From the NCBI GenBank assembly GCA_026026165.1, contig JAPEUD010000047.1, forward strand, positions 124,001-188,000: a stretch of 64,000 bases of DNA, in the 5' to 3' direction. Below the pieces are notes generated by a model. It saw only the letters and a program-made list of their open reading frames with translations. It was not told where the DNA came from and did no database searches. Shown here piece by piece: positions 61,909 to 64,000 of this stretch; position 1 is the stretch's first letter, and each line of letters starts with the position of its first letter. Source of the DNA: Sarea resinae. Taxonomy: Eukaryota. Made by a program: the position numbers and the translations under genes.

Positions 61909-63569
61909 ATGGCTCCGCCCTCATCTGCCCTACGCAGGCGCATATTGAAGGATTCGGGCCTTGAGAGGCCTATGGATGCCGCTTACCTTGCCTTGCGCGA
62001 TGATGTACGAACGAAGATACAGCAACCACTAGACGGGAGCGAATCTAGGCATTCGCGAAGAGACAGAGACTGCACGATTATGATCAATACAACACCCACC
62101 ATGCTCCACCTTAGTGAATTCTATCATCATGGTTTGGGACCATCTCAGCAGTCAGTGGTCTTGATCACGGACGCAATCAGTCAGGATCTCGATAGGCCTC
62201 CAGTCGCACGAGGGCCGTCTTTTGTGCCGATTAAAAATTTCATTGTCGCTGGACATTGGCTGAGTGCGGAGGAGGCATCTGGTGAGGAACGTTACGATAT
62301 ACGCCCTCACGAGTTTCAGGTCGTCATCCCGACTGAGGGCGAAAGCAAGAATGGCGACAAGAACGGAGATAGCTGCAACAGCAAGGACAAAAGTGATACA
62401 GAAGGTGGAGTACCACTTCCATCAAGCCAAGGGCCCCACGGATGCAATTTAAAGGACAAAGATACAAATATCGTAAACAAAAATCTCGAACATTCTGTCT
62501 GTGATTGTCTTGGGGAAAAGTGTACCAACTTGGTCAGAAGAAAGAGTCAAGGAGAGCTATTGGAAGAGGCTCGTACTGTGCAGCACATCGTGAAGGCTCT
62601 GAAACTGATGCCCGACCTCGAAATGTTCAAGTAAGATGAGACTTCCCCCCAGCCCCCCTCACCCCCCGCGGGACCAATACTTACGGATTGTCAAGATGGA
62701 CATCCGATCTTCCTATCACAGGAGAGGTTCTATCTATTGTGCTGACCCAACGCACCCTCGGCGAGCTTTGGCTGGACCTGCTACGTCCAGGCATCCGTTG
62801 TCATACTCTCGATGGGGATGAACTTCCGAGGATATGGCTAGCTCCGGCCTACCAAATCGGTTGTTTGCGGAAGATCACCCTGACCGGCATGCTCGACTCG
62901 TACCAGTTCGAAATCTGGAAAATCGCGTTTCTGAGTCCAGCCTTGAAGGAGCTGATACTGGAAATGATTCCAGAGCCAAACATCCGCAGTGATCATGCGA
63001 ATGATTGGCCATTCATTCAGGGCGACCACTGGCTCAAGAGTGAAGAGGAAGTCTCGATGAGTTACCAGTATGGATCTGATCTTCAAAAGGGTGATCGTCA
63101 TTTGCTAATGAAGACTAGCGGGGACAATGGTTCAGGAAGAATCCATTATCGTCTTGGCTATGGTGAGTACCTAGATGAAAAAGCGATGCATGACGCTCGA
63201 GAATCTGCAAAGCAGACTAGACGCGTCGGCAAGGTGCTCTCCATTGAGGTCCTTCGCCTGAAGGGGTTCGTTGTCGACGCGAGACCCTTTTTCAAGTACT
63301 TTGATCCCACACAGCTTCACGTCCTGGAGCTCGAGCACTGCATTGACGCAGGACTCGCACTGCCAAGAGACATGTGGGAGCGCATAACAATAATATGTCC
63401 CGAGGATGGCCGATCTGGGTATGAGGCAGTCGTAGCAATGGGGAAATCAACAAAGGAAGAGGTTGCGAGAGTTCGATCGTCGAGAGCCAGCCTAGTGACG
63501 ATCGGAGACGGGCTGGGTTCCAAAAGGCAGCCGGCTTCTGGAGAAAACAGGGGGTACACGACCGCATAG
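61909..63569 (+). CDS. Hypothetical protein with RNI/LRR-like segments
   Basis: ORF 61909-62630, intron 62631-62695 (GTAAGA…AAG) and the next ORF give MPDLEMFK/WTSDLP…LRKITLTG…LKELILEM…IEVLRLKGF…LHVLELEHC. A second, in-frame intron at ~63068-63118 is possible. Confidence 0.65.
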
Positions 63570-64000
63570 AGTCGGGCGAGATGTCTCAGCTAGTGGAACG
63601 TCGAGATGGGGAGGTCATAGCTACTTCGCCGACCTTCGACCACCGGAATATCCTAAATAACGAAGCAGCCCCCCACGACGAGGGTTCTGTCGATGCAACC
63701 AATGAGGAAGCTATGGAATTTTCGAAAACCCGGGAGGAGCTGCGATCCATGAAATGGTGCACGATTCTTTGGCTGGCTTGGTCATACTCGAAGACGTTCA
63801 TATCGTGAGTGGTTAGCACCCATCTAACGACACTCCGATCATGCTCGATCGCGAGCTGGCTCGGCAACCTGAAGACAGCTGGAGAGAGACTCTCGGTGAC
63901 GTAACAGCATCCGATTTATCAAACCCGCTCAGCCGTTGACATCAAGCTCTCGAGTACCAAGACCCGACGATCATGGAGGATCTTTTCGTCGATCGTGAAC

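Noticed and set aside
63581..64000. Additional gene starting at 63581
   Set aside because: It starts 11 bp after the previous stop, has no recognisable domain and is cut by the window edge, so support is insufficient.

Overview
Eukaryotic DNA from a filamentous ascomycete (Pezizomycotina-like), with short spliceosomal introns and CTRAC/CTAAC branch points. I can support about 18 protein genes: a Gly/Tyr/Gln-rich glycine-zipper protein, an Hst3/4-type sirtuin, a secreted alpha/beta hydrolase, a full-size PDR (ABCG) transporter, an AAA+ ATPase, Sam37/metaxin, eIF4E, Sym1/Mpv17, Sso-type syntaxin, an F-box protein, Npt1, an ACSF3-like acyl-CoA synthetase, BolA, ribosomal protein uS5 (RPS2) and several hypotheticals. 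Four features stand out. (1) A 2,913-bp AT-rich, RIP-mutated Tc1/IS630-type (DD34E) transposon at 49547-52459 has 128-bp TIRs and a TA target duplication. It is missed by the ORF track and carries a second, convergent 499-codon gene with a C-x4-C-x6-C-x6-H motif. (2) A 28-aa proline-rich micro-ORF (…PPCPGPPPTRPLPPVPK) with gene-like flanks sits in a ~9-kb region with no other convincing gene. (3) A TACGNAGTA mini-hairpin motif recurs in intergenic DNA. (4) A short spaced-repeat array lies at 13.2-13.55 kb. No rRNA, tRNA or CRISPR-Cas is supported. Exon boundaries were read by eye, and product calls come from motif recognition, not database searches.
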